From positions 1 through 64,000 of the forward strand of contig JAHQWG010000035.1 in assembly GCA_029856045.1 (NCBI GenBank): DNA of 64,000 bases, in the 5' to 3' direction. The DNA is from Promethearchaeia archaeon. GTDB taxonomy: Archaea; Asgardarchaeota; Lokiarchaeia; Sigyniarchaeales; SOKP01. The notes under the pieces are model-generated. The model was not told where the DNA came from. It was given only the letters and a program-made list of their open reading frames with translations, and did not search any database. Positions 50,001 through 57,595 of the stretch are shown piece after piece. Position 1 is the first letter of the stretch. Every line of letters begins with the position of its first letter. Position numbers and translations under genes: made by a program.

Positions 50001-50888
50001 TTGTCGATAAAAGAGATGATATATGATTAATACTACTGAAAAGAGAAAAACTGCTAAAAATTCAAAATCGTTAAAAAATCCTTCGGGGGAAAATTTAATA
50101 AATAAGGAGTAAATAAGGATTCCGACCCCTTCAGTTCCCGCATAAGCTATAAATAATCTTGGTGAATATTTATCAACTATAATTAATATCCCTGTTAATA
50201 AAGGAATTATTAATAACGTATAAACATAACCACCCCAACTAAGTGATAAATAACCTAATGATAATCCAGCAAGAATTGCATGATGGATCTTTCCTGTTTT
50301 TACTGCTTTAACAAAAAATAAAAGAGTTAATAATGTTCCGAGAATACCAATAGTTTCATTATCGAAAAATCCAGCAACTGTTCGTTGCATATGTCCAGGA
50401 TTGAATGCTAAGAAAAATGCAGCAAGTAGACCAGTTCGTTTATCTAAAATTTCCTTACCCAAAAAGTACATAATAAAAACTGTTAAAGCTCCAGCAAATG
50501 CAGGAAAATAATAGCAAACATCATATAATTGAATAGGAATTCCAATTCCATTCAATACCCAATAAATTATTGAAACTGTAAATTGTAGTCCTGGTCTCAG
50601 TCTAAAACGATCAATTCCCTCAGGATACCAAGATTTAAAATCATGCCAATGAAAATATTCATAAATCCCGTTTTGACTTAAATATTCTGCCGAATAATAT
50701 TGTATCCAAGGATCGAACGCTTTTATCAAAGGAGGGCCCACAAATATTGGACTTAGCCTTATCAAAAGCGCAACAATCACAATTAAGATTAAAGCAATTA
50801 TAAAAACAAAGTTCTCTTTTTTTACTCTAATTTTTGTTCTAATTTTATCGCGAAAATCTAAAAATCTTGATTTCAATTTTAATTGCAT
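47010..50888 (-). CDS. aglB: Oligosaccharyltransferase AglB/STT3 with long C-terminal Ig-like repeats
   Basis: FDPW, FFDNE, SVAEH, WWDYG, DNGT, GDEGKWPWM; C-terminal extension of about 560 aa. Confidence 0.93.
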   Translation of the reverse strand: MQLKLKSRFLDFRDKIRTKIRVKKENFVFIIALILIVIVALLIRLSPIFVGPPLIKAFDPWIQYYSAEYLSQNGIYEYFHWHDFKSWYPEGIDRFRLRPGLQFTVSIIYWVLNGIGIPIQLYDVCYYFPAFAGALTVFIMYFLGKEILDKRTGLLAAFFLAFNPGHMQRTVAGFFDNETIGILGTLLTLLFFVKAVKTGKIHHAILAGLSLGYLSLSWGGYVYTLLIIPLLTGILIIVDKYSPRLFIAYAGTEGVGILIYSLFIKFSPEGFFNDFEFLAVFLFSVVLIIYHLFYRQKTINPKFYDAVLTFLRWAIIPVILIGAIVLWLFPNIIPFGFDARFTSVFSPLLRQDLQLVASVAEHMPSPWSVFYYNTLIPSLLVPVGIYFCIKRGNEEDFLIIIYVLTLFYFTGSMIRIILLFAPAVVLIGSYGLSSILKLFGSFIGKEKSMITRRRKRQVKTTIGSWESFGIYAIIGFLMFAQVSHAADISINSLSYSQITPGGTLHDWEESMTWIRTNLPPGTVVVSWWDYGYWITPIGNATTINDNGTINQTRIGATGMAFMQTDELESAKILRNLQADYVLVYFTMFTQLGGDEGKWPWMLRICNDNYQTYKRFGWEAYNWKENGVFDESEYQNPTTGAYKEKWFQSQLVRLMFSGLPTVLEEVTTQFEYYYAQKVAGDSSQNIQPSKLDDGRLWSEFIPYHGYYDFKVFKPIFFSTQGLVKLFRVDYTALDSSVEVSDPKVYDNGFANFKLINTGIKEVTLDNVFIKEDSYDFTIEDNDYQVEPGEEKLVWIDAQNAGFELNDVVNISVSIEAEALEDTKYTFEASSTNILVDPAPNYGIKINRENSIAIINEDNLNTSFYLEVENTGEGNINLNTTYINGIEFNQSTYQLSNSLLESGSKTTIYIPESPVNKSTLGDAMDQLSDTIRVVASEGIFDETIFTYNKKEYKISIIPEDRVLSDESKILSSKNRTQIPIDINSACAYDNGSIFIKVKNTGNKLIGLTNFVYINGHPEKYDSVDDDYLLSEDEIKDLIIDYPDIENNEEIEVIVAASGLDGYIAATDVGNLYPIRNSANFRFISESELNITHVWANETIEVALKNTGNILIELDSVIINGTESISIDDVIFNHNIKTLDLQEIAIFSFNSTQYNINQSNIVEINITTKSGMSIKRSFTAEVNPASNPEKYSIDILDISSADDSQDLLTLNLKNIGDDNLTVDAVYVNNTYIPWSTITIVDSVDLTIETGEEISLTITLTDLGLLIGTINIDDTLEILIRTEEGAEDIRVITVVA

Positions 50889-51088
50889 ATATATCTGTCC
50901 AAGCTCTATTTTTTTTGAAGATATTCTATTTCAATATATATATTAATTTTCAATATTCGACTCAGATAAATATGATACCAAGTTCTAATACATCTATATA
51001 TAATATAATTATGAAATTTATATTACTAAAAAACCTTTTCAAGAATTTTAATATCAAACTTAAAATCAAATATTACTTTATATAAACT

Positions 51089-51241
51089 ATGAGTAATGAT
51101 ATAAAACTACTAATTAATGAGAAAGAGATACCTATGAATCCTTTTGTTACAAAAATCATCAGAGATGTTAATTTAGCAATAATTAATCACTTACGAGAAA
51201 TGCCAGATGTGGTTAAAAAAATAACTATTGTTTTAGATTAG
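51089..51241 (+). CDS. 50-aa small protein resembling the MobB C-terminal domain
   Basis: MSNDIKLLINEKEIPMNPFVTKIIRDVNLAIINHLREMPDVVKKITIVLD*; below the ORF-track length cutoff; 30 bp upstream of truA. Confidence 0.7.
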   Translation: MSNDIKLLINEKEIPMNPFVTKIIRDVNLAIINHLREMPDVVKKITIVLD

Positions 51242-51270
51242 AAATAGTTTAACTAATAAATCAGAGTTCT

Positions 51271-52110
51271 ATGAAATCAGCGCAACGATATTTTATTAAG
51301 ATGTATTATTTGGCTGATCATTATCTCGGATCTCAGCGTCAAAAGGAAGAAAATACCATTGAAGGTATTTTAATAAAGAAACTTATTGATAAATCCTATA
51401 TTGAAAATGAAAGCAAATCTGGTTTTGAAGCAGCAAGTCGAACAGATCGTTTTGTTTCTGCAAGAGGAGCTGTTTTTTCTTTTATAACTCAGAAAAGTTT
51501 TTATCCTGAGGAATTGAATAGTGCTCTCCCGAATGATATAGGAGTCTGGAGTGTTGCAAAAATTCCAATAGATTATAAACCGAGACGGAATGCAATTTGT
51601 CGGCATTATAAATATATTTTTGAGTATCCTATATCCTATCTCGTAAAAAATTCAGAATTTGATATCGATTTAATTAAACAAGGATGTGATTTATTACAAG
51701 GTAGACACGATTTTATTAATTTTACTAAAAAAGAGAAGGATAAAAATACAGTCAGAGATCTGGTGGATATTAAATTATCGATTAAAAATGAATTTCTCGT
51801 TATGGATTTTTATAGCAAAAGTTATTTAAGACAACAGATACGAAAAATGATTAAAAAACTGATTGAACTAGGAACTAGAAAAATAACACTAAAAGAGTTT
51901 AAATTTTTATTTAACCCAATGAAATCATTTTCTTATAAGCCTCACTCTCCTAATGGATTAATTTTATGGGATGTTAAATACCCAAAAGAGGTTAATTTTA
52001 TAGAAAATAAAAAAGGGAAAGAGCGTATGTTTAATTTTTTTGAGGAAAAATTAAACTATAATATTTTTAGATTAAATTTTTTCAACATTTTAAAAGATGG
52101 AAGAGGTTAA
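51271..52110 (+). CDS. truA: tRNA pseudouridine synthase A
   Basis: GSQRQ, ASRTDRFVSA, RHYKY, GRHDF, YLRQQIR. Confidence 0.9.
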   Translation: MKSAQRYFIKMYYLADHYLGSQRQKEENTIEGILIKKLIDKSYIENESKSGFEAASRTDRFVSARGAVFSFITQKSFYPEELNSALPNDIGVWSVAKIPIDYKPRRNAICRHYKYIFEYPISYLVKNSEFDIDLIKQGCDLLQGRHDFINFTKKEKDKNTVRDLVDIKLSIKNEFLVMDFYSKSYLRQQIRKMIKKLIELGTRKITLKEFKFLFNPMKSFSYKPHSPNGLILWDVKYPKEVNFIENKKGKERMFNFFEEKLNYNIFRLNFFNILKDGRG

Positions 52111-52210
52111 AATGAAATTATTTTTTTCCTCTAAAAGATTTTAACCATCCGTTTATAAATATATAAAATGAAGAAAATTCAAAAAGAAGATTATATTATA
52201 TTTAATAATT

Positions 52211-52813
52211 ATGCACATTATCTGTTTTGACCTTGAAGGGGTCTTCACACCAGAAGTTTGGATAAATGTATCTTTAAAAACAGGAATTGATGAGCTCAAA
52301 CTAACTACTCGTGATATTTCTGACTATGACGTTCTTATGAAAAGAAGGTTAGAAATTCTTAAAGAACATAATATTACCTTAAATGAAATCAAAACTGTGA
52401 TCTCAGAGATGGAACTTTTACCAGGAGCCAAAGATTTTTTGGATTGGGTTCGTTCGATAGTACAAGTGATTATAGTTACTGATAGTTTCATCGAATTTGC
52501 TATGCTTTTTATGAAAAAACTCGATTATCCCCTCTTATTATGCCACAATCTTGAAACAGATGAGAAAGGTATAATTACGGATTATAAATTGCGGATTAAT
52601 GATATGAAAAGAGAAACTGTAAAAGCTTTTAAAAATATGAACTATGATGTAATTGCTGTAGGAGATTCATATAATGATACTGCGATGTTGTTGGAAGCAA
52701 AACATGGTATATTATTTCGCCCACCAGAAAAAATAATTAAAGAATTTCCACAATTTCCGGTTGTAACAGAATATGCTGAATTTAAAAAAGTTTTATTAAA
52801 AATTCTTCAATAA
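52211..52813 (+). CDS. thrH: Phosphoserine phosphatase/homoserine phosphotransferase ThrH
   Basis: CFDLEGV.PEVW, TTRDISDYDVLM, GDSYNDTAML. Confidence 0.92.
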   Translation: MHIICFDLEGVFTPEVWINVSLKTGIDELKLTTRDISDYDVLMKRRLEILKEHNITLNEIKTVISEMELLPGAKDFLDWVRSIVQVIIVTDSFIEFAMLFMKKLDYPLLLCHNLETDEKGIITDYKLRINDMKRETVKAFKNMNYDVIAVGDSYNDTAMLLEAKHGILFRPPEKIIKEFPQFPVVTEYAEFKKVLLKILQ

Positions 52814-54151
52814 ATAACTTTTAAAATCTTCATATTTTTCGATTTCAATAGGATTTGGAAATTCTACTCTGTTTTTAATTGCTTCTAAAGATTTTGGTAT
52901 CTTTGGAGTGATTTCAATTAATGATATTATCTCATCGGGAAACTTCGCGGGATCTGCAGTTTCTAATGAGATTGCTTTAATTTTATAAAATCTAAGGTTA
53001 TCTTTTCGATATTTTTGTAGAGCCGCCCAACCAACCGCTCCATGAGGTTCAATTATTTTATTATATTTCTGATAAAATGATTTAATTGTTCTGCGAGTTG
53101 ATTCATCATTAATAGAAATCGCAAAAATATCCTCTCTTATTTTTTCTAAATCTGGATTTTTATGAATTAAACCTGTCTCATCAATAATGCCCCCATATAA
53201 ATCAATAAGTCGCGCAAAATTAGAAGGATGTCCAACATTCATTGCACTTGATATACAATGCTTTGAGGGTTCAACTTTCTGGTAAATTCCTCTTCTTAAA
53301 TAAAGTGGAAATTCATCATTCTCATTGACAGCAGAAATAAATTTTTTAACAGGTAAACCCATTCTATATGCAATCAATCCACCAATTAAATTTCCGAAAT
53401 TTCCAGAAGGTACAACAAATATTACTTTTTCGTTTATTTCTTTTACTACTCGTGAATATGCCCAGAAATAATATAAAGTTTGAGGTAAGAGTCTTCCAAC
53501 ATTAATTGAATTTGCTGAAGTTAAATTAAGAAATTGTAAATTTTTATCAGCAAACGCAGTCTTTACATAACGTTGGCAGTCATCAAATTTTCCATCTATT
53601 CCAATAGCGATAATATTTTTTCCTAATGTAGTCATTTGTTTTCTCTGCAGATCGCTTATCTCATTTCTAGGATAAAGAATTATTACTTTTATTCGTTTTT
53701 TTTTATAAAATGCAGAAGCAACCGCACCTCCAGTATCTCCACTAGTGGCTGTTAAAATGACCATATCCTTCTCCTCTAAATTTAAAAAATATTCCATTAC
53801 TCTTGCTAACGTTCTAGCCCCAATATCTTTAAAACTACAAGTCGGTCCCCTATCAAGAAACATAATATAATCAAAATTATTGATTTTTTCTACTGGTATT
53901 TTAAAATCTAAGGCATCTGCTATGATTTTTTTTAAATCTGTTTCTGGAATAACTTTTCCAAATAATTTTAAGAGAATAATATTTGATATTTGATTAAATT
54001 TTAAATTAATAAAGGAATGAATTGTGGATTCCGATAAAATAGGAATCGTATTTAGCATATATAAGCCTTTATCGAAAGCTTGTCCCTTAAAAATTGCTTC
54101 TTTTAAGCCCACATCGGGAGTATTATAATTGGTTGAATGAAATAACACCAT
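52796..54151 (-). CDS. thrC: Threonine synthase
   Basis: GPTCSFKD, ATSGDTG, SANSINVGRL, PSGNFGN, SAMNVG. Confidence 0.95.
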   Translation of the reverse strand: MVLFHSTNYNTPDVGLKEAIFKGQAFDKGLYMLNTIPILSESTIHSFINLKFNQISNIILLKLFGKVIPETDLKKIIADALDFKIPVEKINNFDYIMFLDRGPTCSFKDIGARTLARVMEYFLNLEEKDMVILTATSGDTGGAVASAFYKKKRIKVIILYPRNEISDLQRKQMTTLGKNIIAIGIDGKFDDCQRYVKTAFADKNLQFLNLTSANSINVGRLLPQTLYYFWAYSRVVKEINEKVIFVVPSGNFGNLIGGLIAYRMGLPVKKFISAVNENDEFPLYLRRGIYQKVEPSKHCISSAMNVGHPSNFARLIDLYGGIIDETGLIHKNPDLEKIREDIFAISINDESTRRTIKSFYQKYNKIIEPHGAVGWAALQKYRKDNLRFYKIKAISLETADPAKFPDEIISLIEITPKIPKSLEAIKNRVEFPNPIEIEKYEDFKSYLLKNF

Positions 54152-54344
54152 TTTAAATTTTTTTAAATCCCCTTTTTTTTATTAACAGAATATAATTATA
54201 AGCAAAATTATTATTATTAAAAAAATATAATGCTTTAAAAAAAATATTACCTAAAATGCAAGAGAAATTAAAAAATAATCCAAAAAGTAATCTTTTTTTT
54301 TTCCCCCACAAAAGATTTTAATCATCTGTTTATAGATAGATTAT

Positions 54345-55838
54345 ATGAGTAATACGTCTTTCTCGGAGAAAATTGATTTTGAGAGACTTTTTTTCCCAAG
54401 AGCTGTTGGGATTGTAGGGGCATCACAAAACCCAGCAGGTGGAGGTTATTTTGTAAGAATTTTATTGGGACGATTTCGAGGTTCTATTTATTTGTTTAAT
54501 CCTCGATTAAAAGGGCAAAAATTGTTCGGTATAAAAGTATATGGCTCAATTTTGGAAATTCCTAAATCAGAACCTATTGATTACGTAATTCTTGCAGTTC
54601 CGGCTCGATTATGTCCTAAATTACTAGAAGAAGTTGGCAGAAAAGGAGTTCCATTTGTTACAATATTTTCATCAGGCTTTTCAGAAGTTGGAGACAGAGA
54701 TCTTGAGAAAAATGTATTGGATATCGCAAAAAAATACAAAATAAGAATCCTAGGACCAAATTGTTTGGGAGTATATAATCCAAGCAGCAATCTCTATATT
54801 AACGCTGTGCAATCAAAAAAAGCAGGAAATTTTTCAGCGATTTTTCAATCAGGTGGTCTTTCAGTAAATGTTAGTAATCTTGCTGTTTCCTATGGTTGTT
54901 TCATATCAAAATTAATTTCCCTAGGTAATGCAATAGACTTAACTTATCCAGATTTTTTAGATTATTTTTTAACTGATCCTAAAACAGCAATTATTGGATT
55001 GTATCTTGAAAATCTTAAATCTCAAAAGATTGGTCGTAGATTCTTAAATAGTGTTAAAAATTTAAATTTAAATAGGAAGCCTGTGATATTATGGAAAGTT
55101 GGTTATGGTGAAGCAACAAAAAAAGCAATCATGTCTCACACCGGTGGATTAGCGGGTAATAGTAAAATATTTAAAGCAGTTGCAAAACAAACTGGTTGTA
55201 GTTTAGTAAGTAGTTCAAAAGAACTTGCAGCATTGGCATCCGGATTTAAATTATTAAATTTACCTAAAACTCGTGATCTTGGCGTAATCGGAATAGGTGG
55301 TGGTTCTTGTATCGAATTAGTTGATATATTAGAAAAATTTAATCTTAGAATTCCACAATTAACTCAAAAAACTACAGCAAAGTTAGGGAGATTTCTTCCA
55401 GATGTAAATACGAATCTTACCAATCCAATAGATCTTGGGGCAATGGGAATAATGCCAAATATTTACTATCGAACAATAGTTTCACTCGATAAAGACCCAA
55501 ATATTTCAGCAATTATTTTTGTAAAAGATCCTGAGCGGTTTGGAGGTTTTGAAGAACAAGTTATGGAAGAACATGGTAAACTTGATAAAATCGATTTAAA
55601 TAAAGTTTTCTTAAAGTATATGAGAAAAGTAAGAAAAGTTTGCGAAAAGCCTATAATTTGTATTATGTTAAAAATAAATGAAGGTTTTAATGAATATAAG
55701 AGCAGATATAGATTTAAATTAAGTCTTTTAAATCGGGCTATTCCTGTTTATGAATCAATAGAATTAGCGGGGAAAGTATTAAATTATCTGAATACTTATA
55801 GGGAATTCCTTCAAAATCACAATAGATTTCCAAGGTAA
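54345..55838 (+). CDS. Acyl-CoA synthetase (NDP-forming) alpha-subunit-like CoA-binding protein
   Basis: VGAS, GFSE, LGPNCLG, QSGG, SHTG (phospho-His), NPIDL. Confidence 0.88.
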   Translation: MSNTSFSEKIDFERLFFPRAVGIVGASQNPAGGGYFVRILLGRFRGSIYLFNPRLKGQKLFGIKVYGSILEIPKSEPIDYVILAVPARLCPKLLEEVGRKGVPFVTIFSSGFSEVGDRDLEKNVLDIAKKYKIRILGPNCLGVYNPSSNLYINAVQSKKAGNFSAIFQSGGLSVNVSNLAVSYGCFISKLISLGNAIDLTYPDFLDYFLTDPKTAIIGLYLENLKSQKIGRRFLNSVKNLNLNRKPVILWKVGYGEATKKAIMSHTGGLAGNSKIFKAVAKQTGCSLVSSSKELAALASGFKLLNLPKTRDLGVIGIGGGSCIELVDILEKFNLRIPQLTQKTTAKLGRFLPDVNTNLTNPIDLGAMGIMPNIYYRTIVSLDKDPNISAIIFVKDPERFGGFEEQVMEEHGKLDKIDLNKVFLKYMRKVRKVCEKPIICIMLKINEGFNEYKSRYRFKLSLLNRAIPVYESIELAGKVLNYLNTYREFLQNHNRFPR

Positions 55839-55910
55839 ATTAATACAGTCTCTATGTTTAAAAAGAAAATTAAAAATAAAAAAGTTAAATTAATAATTAT
55901 TTAGATTATT

Positions 55911-56780
55911 TTAACCAATCTTTTCTAAAATATCGCTTACTCTAGTTCTATGAAACTTAGTTCCCAACTCATCTGCAGGAATGCCCATTCCAAGAGCGAT
56001 TAATTCAGAAATGTAAAATATTGGGATTTTAAATTCCTCCTCGAATTTCTTAGATAAATCTCTCTGTTTTCCATCAAATTGTTGAAAACATGCAGGACAA
56101 TTGACAACCAAGCAATCAGCTCCTGCTTTTTTCACGGCATCCATCTTTTTCTTCAAGATTGCCATGCCATGATCCTCATACGCATTTGAAACTGATGAGC
56201 CACAACATAATGTTTCTTCTCCATAATCAACTACTGTTGCCCCACAAGCAGCAACAATCTCTTTAAGATCTATTGGATGCATAGGATCGTCAGTTTCCAT
56301 AACCTCAGAAGGACGCATATAGTGACAACCAGGATGACATGCGACTTTTAAACCTGATAATGGTTTCACTGTGGAATTTTTAATCTTTTCTAATTCACCT
56401 TTAAGCACACTAACAAAATGCTTTACATCAATAGTTCCTTTATATTCCTTCCCGATTTTTGATAATTCTTTATTAATTTTGTCCTTTTTCAGATTATCAT
56501 GTTTTAATGTATGATTAACTAGTTTTAATGTATTTGAACAGCCATTACAAAGAGAGATAATATCTTTTCCTTCAGATTCGGCTAATGCCAAATTACGAGC
56601 ACCTATTGCTAACCATCCATCATTATCAAAATTTGCAAAACCGGTTGGGTCAGGACAACACGAGAACGGAGCCTGAGAAGTTGCTATACCTAATTTATCA
56701 AAAATTTTTCTACAAGATGCTTCTATAAAAGGAATCCTATTGCCAATCAAACAACCTTCAAACATTTTATACTCTGCCAT
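55911..56780 (-). CDS. hdrB: Heterodisulfide reductase subunit B
   Basis: GC, SCCP, CNGC, HPGCH, LCCG, CPAC (CCG domains). Confidence 0.95.
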   Translation of the reverse strand: MAEYKMFEGCLIGNRIPFIEASCRKIFDKLGIATSQAPFSCCPDPTGFANFDNDGWLAIGARNLALAESEGKDIISLCNGCSNTLKLVNHTLKHDNLKKDKINKELSKIGKEYKGTIDVKHFVSVLKGELEKIKNSTVKPLSGLKVACHPGCHYMRPSEVMETDDPMHPIDLKEIVAACGATVVDYGEETLCCGSSVSNAYEDHGMAILKKKMDAVKKAGADCLVVNCPACFQQFDGKQRDLSKKFEEEFKIPIFYISELIALGMGIPADELGTKFHRTRVSDILEKIG

Positions 56781-56786
56781 TTTTCT

Positions 56787-57293
56787 CTACTCTCCTTTCA
56801 ATTTCTTATCAATTCCCATATTCTTCAATAATGTAGAAAGTTCATTTACATCAGGTGCAGCAACCGCTGGTAAACCAAGTTGTTCACGTCGTCTTTCTAT
56901 AGCAGGTTGAGATGGAATTGCTTTAGCATTTTCAAAAATTGTCTTTGCTTGGAGATAATAAAAATCTGGCGCATCTCCATTAGCAACGCTATGATTCTTT
57001 AATAATTTGAAAATCTCGGTTAATTCGATATTCTGTGGGCATACTTCATCGCATGTATCACAAATTGTACAACCCCATATGGCAATTTTTTCTGCTGAAA
57101 ATATTGCATCTTTAAAGCCAAGCAATGCATTTAAAATATTTTGTCTTGGATTGTATGCATTATCAGTAACTTCGGCAACGGGGCAATTATCAGTGCATCG
57201 ATTGCATTGATAACAATATTTGATCACACCACTCATATGCATATCAAGAACTTGCTTTCTAAATTCAAAATCTGTTGCCATTTTTTCACACAC
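56787..57293 (-). CDS. hdrC: Heterodisulfide reductase subunit C
   Basis: CYQCNRCTDNCP and CTICDTCDEVCP; likely start is MATDF near 57281. Confidence 0.95.
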   Translation of the reverse strand: MCEKMATDFEFRKQVLDMHMSGVIKYCYQCNRCTDNCPVAEVTDNAYNPRQNILNALLGFKDAIFSAEKIAIWGCTICDTCDEVCPQNIELTEIFKLLKNHSVANGDAPDFYYLQAKTIFENAKAIPSQPAIERRREQLGLPAVAAPDVNELSTLLKNMGIDKKLKGE

Positions 57294-57327
57294 GTTTTTT
57301 TATTTTTTTCCTGTTTTTTTATTTTTA

Positions 57328-57397
57328 TTGGTTTTAACCCATGCAAGGGCAGTTATATCTAATCTATTTTTTTTATTAGATATTCATCCTAAACCAA
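57328..57397 (-). promoter_or_regulatory. Candidate SECIS-like hairpin overlapping the vhuU stop codon
   Basis: mRNA reads AUGA-AUAUCUAAU-[AAAAAAAAUAG]-AUUAGAUAU-AA, a perfect 9-bp stem with an A-rich loop; outer UUGGUUU/AAACCAA pairing. Confidence 0.55.
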
Positions 57398-57533
57398 CAT
57401 TTAATTCACGTGAGTAAATTTCTTTACCGTCCTCATTCACTACGGTGATGTGGGCGGCACACGATAGTCAACAATCATAACATCGGACTATCATTTCTAA
57501 GAGATTTACCACTCCTTCAGGAATATCTTCCAT
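57384..57533 (-). CDS. vhuU: Selenoprotein VhuU, the small C-terminal subunit of the split [NiFeSe] hydrogenase
   Basis: MEDIPEGVVNLLEMIVRCYDC-U-LSCAAHITVVNEDGKEIYSRELNVGLG*; in-frame TGA at 57468-57470 lies at the first Cys of the DPCxxCxxH motif. Confidence 0.92.
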
Positions 57534-57595
57534 ATTTTTTTTCACTTTTCTCCATTTATTTTAATTATTTAGAGTAAAAAGATCCTCAATTATTT

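Noticed and set aside
50867-51085. 72-aa ORF in the aglB promoter region
   Set aside because: Low-complexity AT-rich sequence overlapping the aglB start; probably spurious.
57303-57386. Readthrough of the second vhuU UGA as another Sec
   Set aside because: The downstream frame is Lys/Asn-rich and low-complexity with no motif; a true stop is more parsimonious.
57007-57417. Plus-strand short ORFs over hdrC and the spacer
   Set aside because: Antisense shadows of hdrC and vhuU with no recognisable motifs.
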